This document shows positions 33,373 through 42,270 of a stretch of 44,558 bases of DNA, in pieces. This stretch comes from Gaiellaceae bacterium (GTDB taxonomy: Bacteria; Actinomycetota; Thermoleophilia; Gaiellales; Gaiellaceae): the NCBI GenBank assembly GCA_036490895.1, contig DASXDB010000132.1, positions 1 to 44,558 on the forward strand, in the 5' to 3' direction. The notes under the pieces are model-generated. The model searched no databases. It saw nothing but the letters and a program-made list of their open reading frames with translations, and was not told the DNA's origin. A program made the translations under genes and the position numbers. Each line of letters begins with the position of its first letter. The first letter of the stretch is position 1.

Positions 33373-34491
33373 ATGGTTCCGCGTCGGTCGACCACCCTCG
33401 CCGGTTTCACGACGCTCGGGCTCTTCTGGGGCGCGTGGGCGTCGGTGCTGCCGAGCGTGCAGGACGCGACGAACCTTTCGAAGGGCGGGCTCGGCATCGC
33501 GCTCCTCTTCGTCTCCGTCGGCTCGGTGCCCACGATGTTCTTCATCGCGGGGCCGATCGTCGCACGCTTCGGCGCGCGCGCCGCCGCCTATTGCGCCGCG
33601 GCATTCGCGGCTGCGACGACGCTGCCCGGGCTCGCCGGCTCCTTCCCCACGCTCGTCCTCGCCCTCGCTGCGGCCGGCGCGGCGTCGGGCTCCTTCGACG
33701 TGGCCGTCAACGCGAACGCCGGCCGGATCGAGAGCGTCACGGGGAAGCGACTCATGCCGCTCGCGCACGGCCTCTACTCGGTCGGGATCCTCGTCGGCTC
33801 GGTCACCTCCGGGATCGCGCTCGGTGCCGGCGCGGGACGCGAGCCAATCCTCCTCGCGGTGTCGTTCCTCATCCTCGTGAACGCCTTCGCCGCGATCGGC
33901 GACGCGGCGCCGGTGCACACCGAGCAGTCGCGCGCGATGCGCCTCACGAAACCGCTCATCGTGATCGGCCTGCTGGGCACGGCGGCATTCGTCGTCGAGG
34001 GCGGCACCGAGAGCTGGAGCGCGCTCTTTCTGGCGCGCGTGCACCACGCGAGCCCAACCGTGAGCGGCCTCGGCCCGGGTGTCTTCGGCGCGTCGATGGC
34101 GGCGGGACGGTTCTTCGGCCAGGCGGCGGGGCGCATCGGCGACCGCGCACTGATCGTCGGCGGGGCCGTGGTCGGCACGCTCGGCTGCGTGCTCGCGGCA
34201 CTGAGCCCGGACACGCCGGTCGCGCTCGTCGGTCTCGCGGTCGGAGGCATCGGCGTCTCGCTCAACGCGCCGGTCATCTTCGGCATCGCCGGGCGACGCC
34301 CGGACGCAGCGACGGCGGTGGCGACGGTTACGACGATCGGCTACCTCGGCCTGCTGACCGGGCCGCCGCTCGTCGGGCTCGTCGCGCAAGCGTCGTCCCT
34401 CCGCGTGTCGTTCATCGTGCTCGCAGCGATCGCGGCCGCCGTCGCGGCGGTCGCGGCGCGGGTGGTCGACGCTCAGAAGGCGCCGGCGTAG
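33361..34491 (+). CDS. MFS transporter, 376 aa
   Basis: ATG 33361 is preceded by GAGAGGAG (33345-33352). The protein is hydrophobic with a 12-TM-like layout and small-residue-rich helices typical of MFS. Confidence 0.7.
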   Translation: MSDAMVPRRSTTLAGFTTLGLFWGAWASVLPSVQDATNLSKGGLGIALLFVSVGSVPTMFFIAGPIVARFGARAAAYCAAAFAAATTLPGLAGSFPTLVLALAAAGAASGSFDVAVNANAGRIESVTGKRLMPLAHGLYSVGILVGSVTSGIALGAGAGREPILLAVSFLILVNAFAAIGDAAPVHTEQSRAMRLTKPLIVIGLLGTAAFVVEGGTESWSALFLARVHHASPTVSGLGPGVFGASMAAGRFFGQAAGRIGDRALIVGGAVVGTLGCVLAALSPDTPVALVGLAVGGIGVSLNAPVIFGIAGRRPDAATAVATVTTIGYLGLLTGPPLVGLVAQASSLRVSFIVLAAIAAAVAAVAARVVDAQKAPA

Positions 34492-35480
34492 CCGTTCACC
34501 GCGGGCTGGCCGCCCAGGTGGGCGTACAGCACCCGCGAGCCCGGTTCGATTCGCCCATCCCGAACGAGGTCGATCAGCGCAGCCATCGACTTGCCCTCGT
34601 ACACGGGGTCGGTGATGACGCCTTCGAGCCGTGCGCAGAGCCGGATCGCCTCGATCGTCTTCGCGTCCGGAATCCCGTAGGTGCCCGCGTGCCATTCGTC
34701 GAGCAGGACGATCTCGTCGTCGCGCAACTCGCGACCGAGCCCGATCGCATCGGCGGTGGCGCGAGCGATCCGCGCGACCTGCGCCCACGTCTGCTCGACC
34801 GTCGCCGAGCCGTCGATCCCGAGCACGCGCCGCGGCCGTTCCTGGTCGGCGAACCCGGCGATCATCCCCGCGTGCGTGGAGCCGGTAACCGCGCAGACCA
34901 CGATCGTGTCGAAGAAGACCCCGAGCTCGCACTCCTGCTCCTCCAGCTCGTAGGCCCAGCGCGCGAACCCGTGGCCGCCGAGCGGATGGTCCGACGCGCC
35001 GGCCGGGATCGCGTACGGCTTCCCCCCACGCTCTTCGACATCCGAGAGCGCCCGCTCCCAGCTCGGCCGGAACCCGATGTCGAAGCCGCCCGGATCGAGG
35101 CGCACGTCCGCTCCCATGATCCGCGACAGGAGAATGTTCCCGACCTTGTCGTAGACGGCGTCGGGCCACTCGACCCAGTGCTCCTGCACGAGGACGCAGC
35201 CGAGCCCGAGATGCGCCGCGACCGCGGCGACCTGACGTGTGTGATTCGACTGCACGCCGCCGATCGAGACGAGCGTGTCGCAGCCCTGCGCGAGCGCGTC
35301 GGCGGCGAGGTACTCGAGCTTGCGGACCTTGTTCCCGCCGTACGCGAGGCCGGAGTTGCAGTCCTCGCGCTTCATCCAGATGTCGACCGCGCCCCCGAGA
35401 TGCTCGGTGAGCCGTCGCAGCGGGTGCACCGGCGACGGGCCGAACGTCAAGGGGACGCGGTCGAAGTCCGCAAGGGTCAC
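34473..35480 (-). CDS. acdS: 1-aminocyclopropane-1-carboxylate (ACC) deaminase, PLP fold-type II, 335 aa
   Basis: Start is GTG 35480. Contains [11 protein letters not shown] (PLP Lys), [22 protein letters not shown] (Tyr-Glu) and [13 protein letters not shown] (Leu). The Glu and Leu correspond to E295/L322 of the Pseudomonas UW4 enzyme, which discriminate ACC deaminase from D-cysteine desulfhydrase. Confidence 0.8.
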   Translation of the reverse strand: MTLADFDRVPLTFGPSPVHPLRRLTEHLGGAVDIWMKREDCNSGLAYGGNKVRKLEYLAADALAQGCDTLVSIGGVQSNHTRQVAAVAAHLGLGCVLVQEHWVEWPDAVYDKVGNILLSRIMGADVRLDPGGFDIGFRPSWERALSDVEERGGKPYAIPAGASDHPLGGHGFARWAYELEEQECELGVFFDTIVVCAVTGSTHAGMIAGFADQERPRRVLGIDGSATVEQTWAQVARIARATADAIGLGRELRDDEIVLLDEWHAGTYGIPDAKTIEAIRLCARLEGVITDPVYEGKSMAALIDLVRDGRIEPGSRVLYAHLGGQPAVNGYAGAF

Positions 35481-35490
35481 GAAGCAGATG

Positions 35491-36906
35491 CTATGCGGCG
35501 TTCTCCAGCGCCGGCTCGAGCGCGACGACCTCGGCCGACTTCGGCTTCAGCCTGATCGCGAACGCGGCCAGCGAACCGACGGCGACGACCGCCGCGCCGA
35601 TCCAGACCGCGGGCGTCATCCCGTCGACGAACGAGCCGCCGCTTGCGTACCCCCCGTAGTGCGAGAAGACCGAGGCGAGGATCGCGACGCCGAACACGCC
35701 GCCGAGCTCGCGGATCGCATTGTTGGCGCCGGACGCCTGCCCTTCCTCCTCGTTCCGCACGGAACCGAGGATCACGTTGGCAATCGGAGCGAAGAACATG
35801 CCCATGCCGACTCCGGAGACCGCGAACGGGAGGATCAGCTCCGCGTAAGGCGTCGTCGGCGCCGAGACCGCTGCGATCCAGCCGAGGCCGATCGCCTGCA
35901 GCGCGAGCCCGGTGCCGATGATGCGGCTCGCGGAGATGCGGTCGGACAGCGCGCCCGCGATCGGCGCGATGATCATCGGCATCGCCGTCCACGGCAGGAC
36001 ACGCAGGCCCGAGCCGAGCGGCGAGTACCCCTGCACCGTCTGGAAGAACTGTGCGAGCAGGAAGATCGCGCCGAACATCCCGAAGCTCATCATCAGCGAC
36101 GCGACGTTGGCCAGGGCGAACGTCCGGTTGCGGAAGAACCGCATCGGCAGCATCGGGTGCTCGGTGCGCAGCTCCCACGCGACGAACACGGCCACCACGA
36201 CGGCGCCTGCGACGAGCGCACCGACGATCTCGGCCGAGCCCCAGCCGACGGAGTTGCCACGGACGAGGCCCCAGACGATCCCGAACAGGCCGCCGCTCGC
36301 GAGGGCGAGGCCGGGGAGATCGACGCGGCCGAAGGGCCCCTTCGTCTCCGCGAGGCGCGGCACGAGCGCGAGCAGCGCGATGCCGACCGGCACGTTGAGC
36401 CAGAAGACCCAGTGCCACGAGAAGCCGCTGACGACGGCGCCGCCGACGAGCGGGCCGAACGCGACGGCGAGGCCGCTGATGCCGCCCCACGCGCCGAGGA
36501 ACACGCCGCGTCGCTCTTCCGGCACGCCGGCCGAGAGGATGGTGAGCGTCAGCGGCATGACGATCGCGCCGCCGAGCCCCTGGACCGCACGGGCCGCGTC
36601 GAGGGCGCCGATCGTCGGAGCTAGCGCCGCAGCTGCGGACGCCGCCGTGAAGATCGTGATCCCGATCGCGAACAGCCGCCGGCGCCCGAAGCGGTCGCCG
36701 AGGGCCGCACCGGTGAGAAGCAGCACCGCGAACGTCAGGGTGTACGCGTTGACAGTCCACTCGAGGCCGCTGATCCCGGCGTGCAGGTCCTTACGGATCA
36801 CCGGCAGGGCCGTGGTCACGACGAGGTTGTCCAGGGTGACCATGAAGAGGGCGAGCGAGGTGATCGCGAAGGTCCACCAGATGTTCGTTGTCGATTTGTG
36901 AGTCAT
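35491..36906 (-). CDS. MFS transporter, DHA2 (EmrB/QacA, 14-TM) drug:H+ antiporter family, 471 aa
   Basis: ATG 36906 is preceded by AAGGAGGT. Contains [32 protein letters not shown] and [13 protein letters not shown], typical of DHA2. Confidence 0.8.
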   Translation of the reverse strand: MTHKSTTNIWWTFAITSLALFMVTLDNLVVTTALPVIRKDLHAGISGLEWTVNAYTLTFAVLLLTGAALGDRFGRRRLFAIGITIFTAASAAAALAPTIGALDAARAVQGLGGAIVMPLTLTILSAGVPEERRGVFLGAWGGISGLAVAFGPLVGGAVVSGFSWHWVFWLNVPVGIALLALVPRLAETKGPFGRVDLPGLALASGGLFGIVWGLVRGNSVGWGSAEIVGALVAGAVVVAVFVAWELRTEHPMLPMRFFRNRTFALANVASLMMSFGMFGAIFLLAQFFQTVQGYSPLGSGLRVLPWTAMPMIIAPIAGALSDRISASRIIGTGLALQAIGLGWIAAVSAPTTPYAELILPFAVSGVGMGMFFAPIANVILGSVRNEEEGQASGANNAIRELGGVFGVAILASVFSHYGGYASGGSFVDGMTPAVWIGAAVVAVGSLAAFAIRLKPKSAEVVALEPALENAA

Positions 36907-36913
36907 TACTTAC
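36898..36913. promoter_or_regulatory. Operator-like 16-bp dyad, copy 2 (plus strand GTGAGTCATTACTTAC), overlapping the MFS start codon
   Basis: Matches copy 1 (37502-37517) at 13 of 16 positions. Both copies fit the perfect dyad skeleton GTnAGTnATnACTnAC. It covers ATG 36906-36904 and abuts the SD. Confidence 0.45.
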
Positions 36914-36940
36914 CTCCTTGCGAAAAAAAGAGAGAACGCC

Positions 36941-37492
36941 TTACGGCTCCATCCCGTCCTTGCAGCCCTCGAGCAGCCGTCGGCCCCACTCTTCGTCCGG
37001 TGCGTGCATCGAGGCGAGCACGTTCATCAGCATGCCGTTGGCGAAGAAGCGCGAGATGTCCTGGACCTCGAGCCCCGAGACGCGCTCGACGTAGGCGACG
37101 AGGTCGCCGAAGCCGCCGCGGACGATCGCCGCGACGGCGGGATCGTCGCTCGCGGCGTACGCCTGCATCTGCGCGCGCAGGTAGACGCGGTCGGACGCGA
37201 GCTGCTCGCCGTAGGCCTGGCCGATCGCCCGCAGCGCCTCCTCACCGCGCTTCCCTTCGGCCGCCCGCTGCATGAGCTCGAGCGTCTGGCGGAAGCACCG
37301 GGCGACGACCGCGAGGTACAGCTCCTTCTTCGTGCCGAAGAGCCGGAAGACGTACGGCTGCGAGATGCCCGCCCGCTTCGCGATCTCCTCGGTCGAGGCG
37401 CCATGGAGACCGTGCTCGGCGAACACGCCGAGCGCGGCGTCGAGGATCTCCTCGCGCCGGGCCTCCTTCGACTTGCGTTCCGTCACCACCAT
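36941..37492 (-). CDS. TetR/AcrR-family transcriptional regulator, 183 aa
   Basis: N-terminal HTH is RREEILDAALGVFAEHGLHGASTEEIAKRAGISQPYVFRLFGTKKELY. Confidence 0.85.
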   Translation of the reverse strand: MVVTERKSKEARREEILDAALGVFAEHGLHGASTEEIAKRAGISQPYVFRLFGTKKELYLAVVARCFRQTLELMQRAAEGKRGEEALRAIGQAYGEQLASDRVYLRAQMQAYAASDDPAVAAIVRGGFGDLVAYVERVSGLEVQDISRFFANGMLMNVLASMHAPDEEWGRRLLEGCKDGMEP

Positions 37493-37499
37493 GCGCCGT

Positions 37500-37528
37500 A
37501 GGTTAGTGATGACTTACTATTCTGTCAA
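37500..37528 (-). promoter_or_regulatory. SigA-type promoter of the tetR-MFS(-acdS) array; apparently leaderless
   Basis: The minus strand reads TTGACA (37528-37523), a 17-nt spacer, TAACCT (37505-37500), 7 nt, then ATG 37492. The -35 lies in the last codons (LLTE*) of the upstream GT87 gene. Confidence 0.5.
37502..37517. promoter_or_regulatory. Operator-like 16-bp dyad, copy 1 (plus strand GTTAGTGATGACTTAC), overlapping spacer and -10 of the tetR promoter
   Basis: See copy 2. The position between -35 and -10 is classical for TetR autorepression. Confidence 0.45.
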
Positions 37529-38740
37529 GAGCGATCTGCCAGCCCGCCGCAGCGACTCCAGGAGCAGCACGAAGAGCAGGATCGTGGAGAGGTTGCGCGC
37601 GCTCACGACCCAGACGGTCCAGTCCACGTGCCGGAGGCCCCAGTCGCCCCAGCGATTGTTCACCTGGGTGAGGACGAGGATGAGCCCGACGAGCGCCGCC
37701 GCGGGGACGGCGATCGCCGGCACGAGCATCGGCACGAGCGGGACGAGCCACACGGTGTACTGCGGTGAGTACACGCGTCCGAACGCCACGAAGGCGACAA
37801 CTGCGGCGGCCGCCGCCGTCATGAACGTCTCGACGTCCGCTCGCCGGCTCCTGAAGTACACGACTGCGACGGCGACGATCGCGGCAAGCTGCAGGACGCT
37901 CGTCGCCGCCCCGATGGCGCCGGCCGCGGGGCCGCGCAGGTCGACCGACATACCGCGGAACCAGTGGATCGTGTTCACCCCCAGCTTGTCGCCGACCAGC
38001 AGGACCGAGGCGCCTGCGCTCTCGATCTGGAGATGCCGCTTGAGCTGGGTGTAGTAGCTGTTGCCGAGGCCTCCGATGTGCGGCACGAACGGTGCGTAGA
38101 CCACGAGGCACGCAGCAGCGAAGCTCGCCACCGCGCGAGCGAGCTCTCGGGCACCCCCGCGCCGCCAGACCCAGATCGCCGCCACAGGGACCACCGCAGC
38201 CGGATACGTCTTCGCAGCGAACGCCAGCGCGAGCACGAACGCGCCTGCGGTCGAACGGTCGCGCGCGAACAGCAGTAGGGCTAGCGCGGTGAGCGCGGCG
38301 GGCCACGGATCGAACCGGTTCAGGTACGTCGGGCCGAGGAGCACGGGCGCGAGCGCGGGGACGGCGAGAACGGCAACGGCAGTCCCCTTGCGCCCGTAGA
38401 GCCGCGAGGCGACCCCGTAGGCGAGCCAGAGCGCCGCGAGTCCGCACACGAGCATCGACAGCTTGAAGACGAAGAGGTAGTGGGACGAGGCAATGAACTC
38501 CGGCAACGCGAAGACCGGGATCGCGAACGGCGGGTACTCGAGGTAGAAGCCGGAGCCGTAGGGATAGAGCCCGTCCTTGAGGCGCGCACCGAACGTCTGG
38601 TAGTGGCCCACGTCGCCGGGATGCGAGCTCGTGAGCAGGCCGCCGACTGCCACCAGGCAGGCGAGCACGAACACGAGCGAAGCGGCGACGAGCCGCGGGT
38701 GCCACCGGCGAGAGGGCGCGGCCAGCGCCGTGGAGGTCAT
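37517..38740 (-). CDS. DUF2029 / GT87-like polyprenyl-phosphate-sugar-dependent membrane glycosyltransferase, 407 aa
   Basis: ATG 38740 overlaps the upstream stop (ATGA). Contains GDVGHYQTFGARLKDGLYPYGSGFYLEYPPFAIPVFALP, the D..Y...YPP loop typical of DUF2029/PimE-like proteins. The protein is multi-span. Confidence 0.65.
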   Translation of the reverse strand: MTSTALAAPSRRWHPRLVAASLVFVLACLVAVGGLLTSSHPGDVGHYQTFGARLKDGLYPYGSGFYLEYPPFAIPVFALPEFIASSHYLFVFKLSMLVCGLAALWLAYGVASRLYGRKGTAVAVLAVPALAPVLLGPTYLNRFDPWPAALTALALLLFARDRSTAGAFVLALAFAAKTYPAAVVPVAAIWVWRRGGARELARAVASFAAACLVVYAPFVPHIGGLGNSYYTQLKRHLQIESAGASVLLVGDKLGVNTIHWFRGMSVDLRGPAAGAIGAATSVLQLAAIVAVAVVYFRSRRADVETFMTAAAAAVVAFVAFGRVYSPQYTVWLVPLVPMLVPAIAVPAAALVGLILVLTQVNNRWGDWGLRHVDWTVWVVSARNLSTILLFVLLLESLRRAGRSLLTE

Positions 38741-40245
38741 GTTCCCGCCGGCAGGTAGACGGCAAACGGACCCGTCACGACGCGGTGATAGCCCGCCGCG
38801 ACCAGCTCTCTCGGAAACGGCAGCGACGAGGAACGTCGGAAGTAGACGAACGCGTGGCGGTTCGCAGCGACCCGGCGCGCGTACGGCGGGTAGCGCGGCG
38901 CTACGCCGGCGGGCCGGACGACGGCGCCGTTCCGCAGCGAGACGCCCTGCGGCCCGAGCTCCGAGCCGACGATCCGCTCGTGCGTGTCGAAGGCGAGACG
39001 GTAGGCGATCCAATAGTCGGCGTAGACGTAGTCGATGCGCGCGCGGTCGAGCGTGCCGACAAGCCCGTGGAGGTCGCGCGGCGCCTTTTCGACCCCGTCG
39101 GGATCGACGGTTCGCGCATCGATGTCCATGCGATGAACGCTGACGATGGACACCGCGACAGCGAGCGCGACAACCACCACCGCCTTCGCGACGCTCCGCC
39201 CGAGCTGCGCGACGAGCAGCGCGATCACGGGCGTGAGGACGATCAAGAAGCGCGGTGTCGCGGACAGGAACGTCACCCGGCGGGAGATCGCCCAGACGAA
39301 CGGGAAGAGGAGCACGACCGCGTAGAGGAGGGCGGTGCTTCGCCGCCGGCTGGTGACGACGCCGTATCCGCACAGCGCGAGCAGCGCAAGGTAGACGCCC
39401 GTGACGAGCAGTTTCGACGGCACGACCAACGCCCCCGTGACCGGCGTCCGTAGACCGAGCGTCATCGGCAGGAGCGGCGAGGCGAATAGGCGCAGGCTGT
39501 GCGCGTATTGATGGGCGTCGGCACGCGGCAGAAGCGACGCCCAGTCGTGGCGGATGTTCCAGACGAGCCACGGGAGCGCACCGACGACCGCCCCCGCCGC
39601 TGCGGCCCACGCCTGCCGGAGCGCGCGCGGCTCCTTCCACACCAGCCAGCCGAGCGCCGGGATCGCGAGCGGGACGATCTGCAGGGTCTGCCAGAACGCG
39701 AGCCCGAGCGTGAGACCGAGCAGCGCCGCGCGGAGGGTGGTAGGCCGTTCGACCACGCGGAGCACGAGCAGCAGGAGCAGCGAGCCGTAGACGAGGTTGC
39801 TGCCGTAGAAGCCCAGCTGGCGCGTCACGAGGACGAGGTTGTCCGGGAACCAGAGCCACATGAGCACCGCCGCGAGCGTCGCGGCCGGCTCGCCGACCGT
39901 CCTCCGCCCGACCCGCCAGAGCAGGACTGCCGCGAGTGCGTTCAGCGCGATCGGCACGGCACGAAGGGCGGTGTAGCTCGCGCCGAAGACGGCGAAGAGC
40001 GGCACCGTCAGAAGGATCTCCTGCGTGCCCCCGTATCCCTGGCCCCAGTAGAACGTGTCGAGATGCCCGTGCAGGGCATGCCGCACCATCAGGCCGACGA
40101 CCGCCTCGTCCGAGTCGGGGACGCCGACTGCAGATCGATCGATCCAGATCCGGATCGCGAGGCCCGCGATCCCGACGAGGAGGAGCGCCGCGGCGCGGGC
40201 CGCCCGGGGCCGTGAGCGAACCTGCGGAAGCGCGAGCGCCGTCAC
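38737..40245 (-). CDS. GT-C-fold membrane glycosyltransferase (ArnT/PMT_2-like), 502 aa
   Basis: GTG 40245 overlaps the upstream stop (GTGA). The first-loop acidic motif is VGVPDSDEAVVGLMVRHALHG. About 11-12 TM segments are followed by a roughly 130-aa extracytoplasmic C-terminal domain. Confidence 0.65.
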   Translation of the reverse strand: MTALALPQVRSRPRAARAAALLLVGIAGLAIRIWIDRSAVGVPDSDEAVVGLMVRHALHGHLDTFYWGQGYGGTQEILLTVPLFAVFGASYTALRAVPIALNALAAVLLWRVGRRTVGEPAATLAAVLMWLWFPDNLVLVTRQLGFYGSNLVYGSLLLLLVLRVVERPTTLRAALLGLTLGLAFWQTLQIVPLAIPALGWLVWKEPRALRQAWAAAAGAVVGALPWLVWNIRHDWASLLPRADAHQYAHSLRLFASPLLPMTLGLRTPVTGALVVPSKLLVTGVYLALLALCGYGVVTSRRRSTALLYAVVLLFPFVWAISRRVTFLSATPRFLIVLTPVIALLVAQLGRSVAKAVVVVALAVAVSIVSVHRMDIDARTVDPDGVEKAPRDLHGLVGTLDRARIDYVYADYWIAYRLAFDTHERIVGSELGPQGVSLRNGAVVRPAGVAPRYPPYARRVAANRHAFVYFRRSSSLPFPRELVAAGYHRVVTGPFAVYLPAGT

Positions 40246-41318
40246 CGACGACCGGAGAGCGACTCGCCGAGCGCCTCCGCGACCCGGTCGAGCTCGCCCT
40301 CCGTGAGGCGCGTGTGGAACGGCAGCGCGAGCGCCCGCTCGAAGACGCGGCGGGCGCCGGGGAACTCGCCCTGGTCGCGGTAGGCGCCGAGGAGCGGCAG
40401 CGAGTAGGTGCCGATCTGCGCCTCGATCCCCTGCGACCGGAGCTCGGCCAGCACGCGGTCGCGGTCGTCGACCTGGATCACGTAGGCCTGCCAGCCGTGC
40501 AGGTCGCCGGGATCGGCATCGGGGAGCAGCACCGGGAGGTGCGCGAGCCGTTCGCTGTAGCCCGCGGCGATCCGCGTGCGCGTGGCGAGCAGCTCGTCGA
40601 GCCGCGCGAGCTGGGGGATCCCGACGGCGCAGAGGATGTCCGAGAGGCGGTAATTGAGGCCCGGCACGGCCATCTCGGCCGGGGCGAGCGAGCGCCAGCC
40701 GTGGTTGCGAAGGAGGCGCACCTCGGCCGCGAAGGCCTCGTCGTTCGTCGTGACAGCGCCGCCCTCCCCGGTCGTGACGATCTTGCGCGGATGGAAGCTG
40801 AGGCAGCCGGCGACGCCGAGGCTGCCGCAGGCCCGGCCGCGGTAGCGCGCGCCGAGCGCGCCCGCGGCGTCCTCGAGGAGCGGCACCTCCGGCAGGTCGT
40901 GCAGGCGCAGCGGCCGGCCGAACAGATGCACCGCGAGGAGCGCCTTCGTCCGGAGCCTCACCTCGATCCGCTCCGGATCGATGTTCATGGTCTCCGGGTC
41001 GACGTCGACCAGCACGGGACGGAGCCCTGCCAGCGCGACAACGTTCGCGGTCGCGGGGAACGTGTACGCGGGCACGAGCACCTCGTCGCCCGGCTCGAGC
41101 CCGAACGCGAGCACCGCGAGATGGAGCGCAGCGGTCCCGGAGCTGACGGCGAGCGCGTGCTCGACCTCGCACGCGCGCGCGAGCCCGGCTTCGAACTCCT
41201 CGACCTTCGGGCCCATCGTGAGCATGCCGCTCTCGAGGACCCCGCGCACCTCGTCGAGCTCCTCCTCGCCGGTGTCCGGACGGCCTAGGCGGATGCGAGT
41301 GCTTTGGTCCGGTACCAC
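40242..41318 (-). CDS. DegT-family PLP sugar aminotransferase, 358 aa
   Basis: Start is GTG 41318, overlapping the upstream gene by 34 nt. Contains LESGMLTMGPKVEEFE, DEVLVPAYTFPATANV and LSFHPRKIVTTGEGG (PLP Lys). Confidence 0.85.
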   Translation of the reverse strand: MVPDQSTRIRLGRPDTGEEELDEVRGVLESGMLTMGPKVEEFEAGLARACEVEHALAVSSGTAALHLAVLAFGLEPGDEVLVPAYTFPATANVVALAGLRPVLVDVDPETMNIDPERIEVRLRTKALLAVHLFGRPLRLHDLPEVPLLEDAAGALGARYRGRACGSLGVAGCLSFHPRKIVTTGEGGAVTTNDEAFAAEVRLLRNHGWRSLAPAEMAVPGLNYRLSDILCAVGIPQLARLDELLATRTRIAAGYSERLAHLPVLLPDADPGDLHGWQAYVIQVDDRDRVLAELRSQGIEAQIGTYSLPLLGAYRDQGEFPGARRVFERALALPFHTRLTEGELDRVAEALGESLSGRR

Positions 41319-42253
41319 GCGATCGTCTTTTCGAGGCCTTGGTCGAGCTCGACCGCGGGCTCCCAGCCGAGCACCTCACGAGCCTTCTTCACGTTCGGGA
41401 TGCGAAGCTCGACGTCCGCGTAATGCAAGGGCTGGAAGACGATCTCCCCGTCTGCGCCGCTCAGCCGCTTGATGCGCTGCGCGAGGTCGTAGATCGTCAC
41501 GGCGCCGCGCGGGTTCCCGATGTTGAACGCCTGGCCGACCGCCGCCTCGTGCTCGAGGCACGCGAGGACGCCGCTGACCATGTCGCTCACATACGTCCAG
41601 GCGCGGATCTGCGAGCCGTCGCCGTGGATCGTCAGGTCACGGCCGGCGAGAGCGGCCTCGATGAAGGCGCGAATCGCACCGCCGCCGATCTGACCGGGCC
41701 CGAAGATGTTGAACGGATGCACGGTCACCGCCGGCAGGCCGAGCTCGTCGTGGTAGGCGTGTGCCATGTGCTCGCCGGCCAGCTTTGACACGGCGTACGT
41801 CCAGCGCGCCTCTCCGACGGAGCCGATCGTCGAGACGTGACCTTCTTCGACATTCAGGGCGTGGGTCCCGAACACCTCGCTCGTGGAGAAGTCGACGTAC
41901 CGCTCGAGCGTCGGCAGAGTGGCGAGCGCCGCTTCGAGCGCGTTGTAGGTGCCGATCACGTTGACGCGCATGACGCGGACCGGGCTCTGCAGAACGGTGT
42001 CCACTCCGGCGATCGCCGCGCAGTGCACGAAGTGCGTCGCGCCGTCGGCGGCGGCGCGAAACGCATCTGCGTCCAGGATGTCACCCTGCACGAGCGTGAA
42101 GTTCGGATGGTCACCGAGGCCTGTGCCCGAGAGCGAGTCGCGGTGGAGGCTGTCGTAGGCGACGACCTCGTTCCGGTCGACGAGCTCACGCGCGAGCGTC
42201 GTGCCGATGAAGCCCGCGCCGCCGCTGATGAAGATCCGCTTGCCCTCCAGCAT
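41285..42253 (-). CDS. Extended-SDR, ArnA C-terminal (UDP-glucuronate 4-oxidative decarboxylase)-like, 322 aa
   Basis: Start is ATG 42253. Contains IFISGGAGFIG, HPNFTLVQGDI, FSTSEVFG, ARWTYAVSKLAGEH, VHPFNIFGP, FNIGNPRGAVTIYDL and DVELRIPNVKKAREVLGWEP. Each block parallels E. coli ArnA-DH ([76 protein letters not shown]). Confidence 0.6.
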   Translation of the reverse strand: MLEGKRIFISGGAGFIGTTLARELVDRNEVVAYDSLHRDSLSGTGLGDHPNFTLVQGDILDADAFRAAADGATHFVHCAAIAGVDTVLQSPVRVMRVNVIGTYNALEAALATLPTLERYVDFSTSEVFGTHALNVEEGHVSTIGSVGEARWTYAVSKLAGEHMAHAYHDELGLPAVTVHPFNIFGPGQIGGGAIRAFIEAALAGRDLTIHGDGSQIRAWTYVSDMVSGVLACLEHEAAVGQAFNIGNPRGAVTIYDLAQRIKRLSGADGEIVFQPLHYADVELRIPNVKKAREVLGWEPAVELDQGLEKTIAWYRTKALASA

Positions 42254-42270
42254 CCGCAGAAGGGTACGCG

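Noticed and set aside
36907-36940. The T-run (minus strand CTCTCTTTTTTTCGC) after the tetR stop as an intrinsic terminator separating tetR from the MFS gene
   Set aside because: Only a 3-bp GCC/GGC stem precedes the T-run, which is too weak to call a terminator. At most it could be a partial attenuator. The strong SD and operator-like dyad that follow are consistent with co-transcription.
30616-41379. Long N-terminal extensions of the track ORFs 30616..32694, 31620..33059, 37517..39859 and 38737..41379 (and similarly 7383.., 9616.., 12676.., 13701.., 15581.., 21221..23233, 22186..23598 and 23484..24824)
   Set aside because: In every case the extension overlaps the upstream conserved gene in another frame and is Arg/Pro/Ala-rich. 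The recognisable family N-terminus starts at a GTG/ATG that overlaps or abuts the upstream stop codon.
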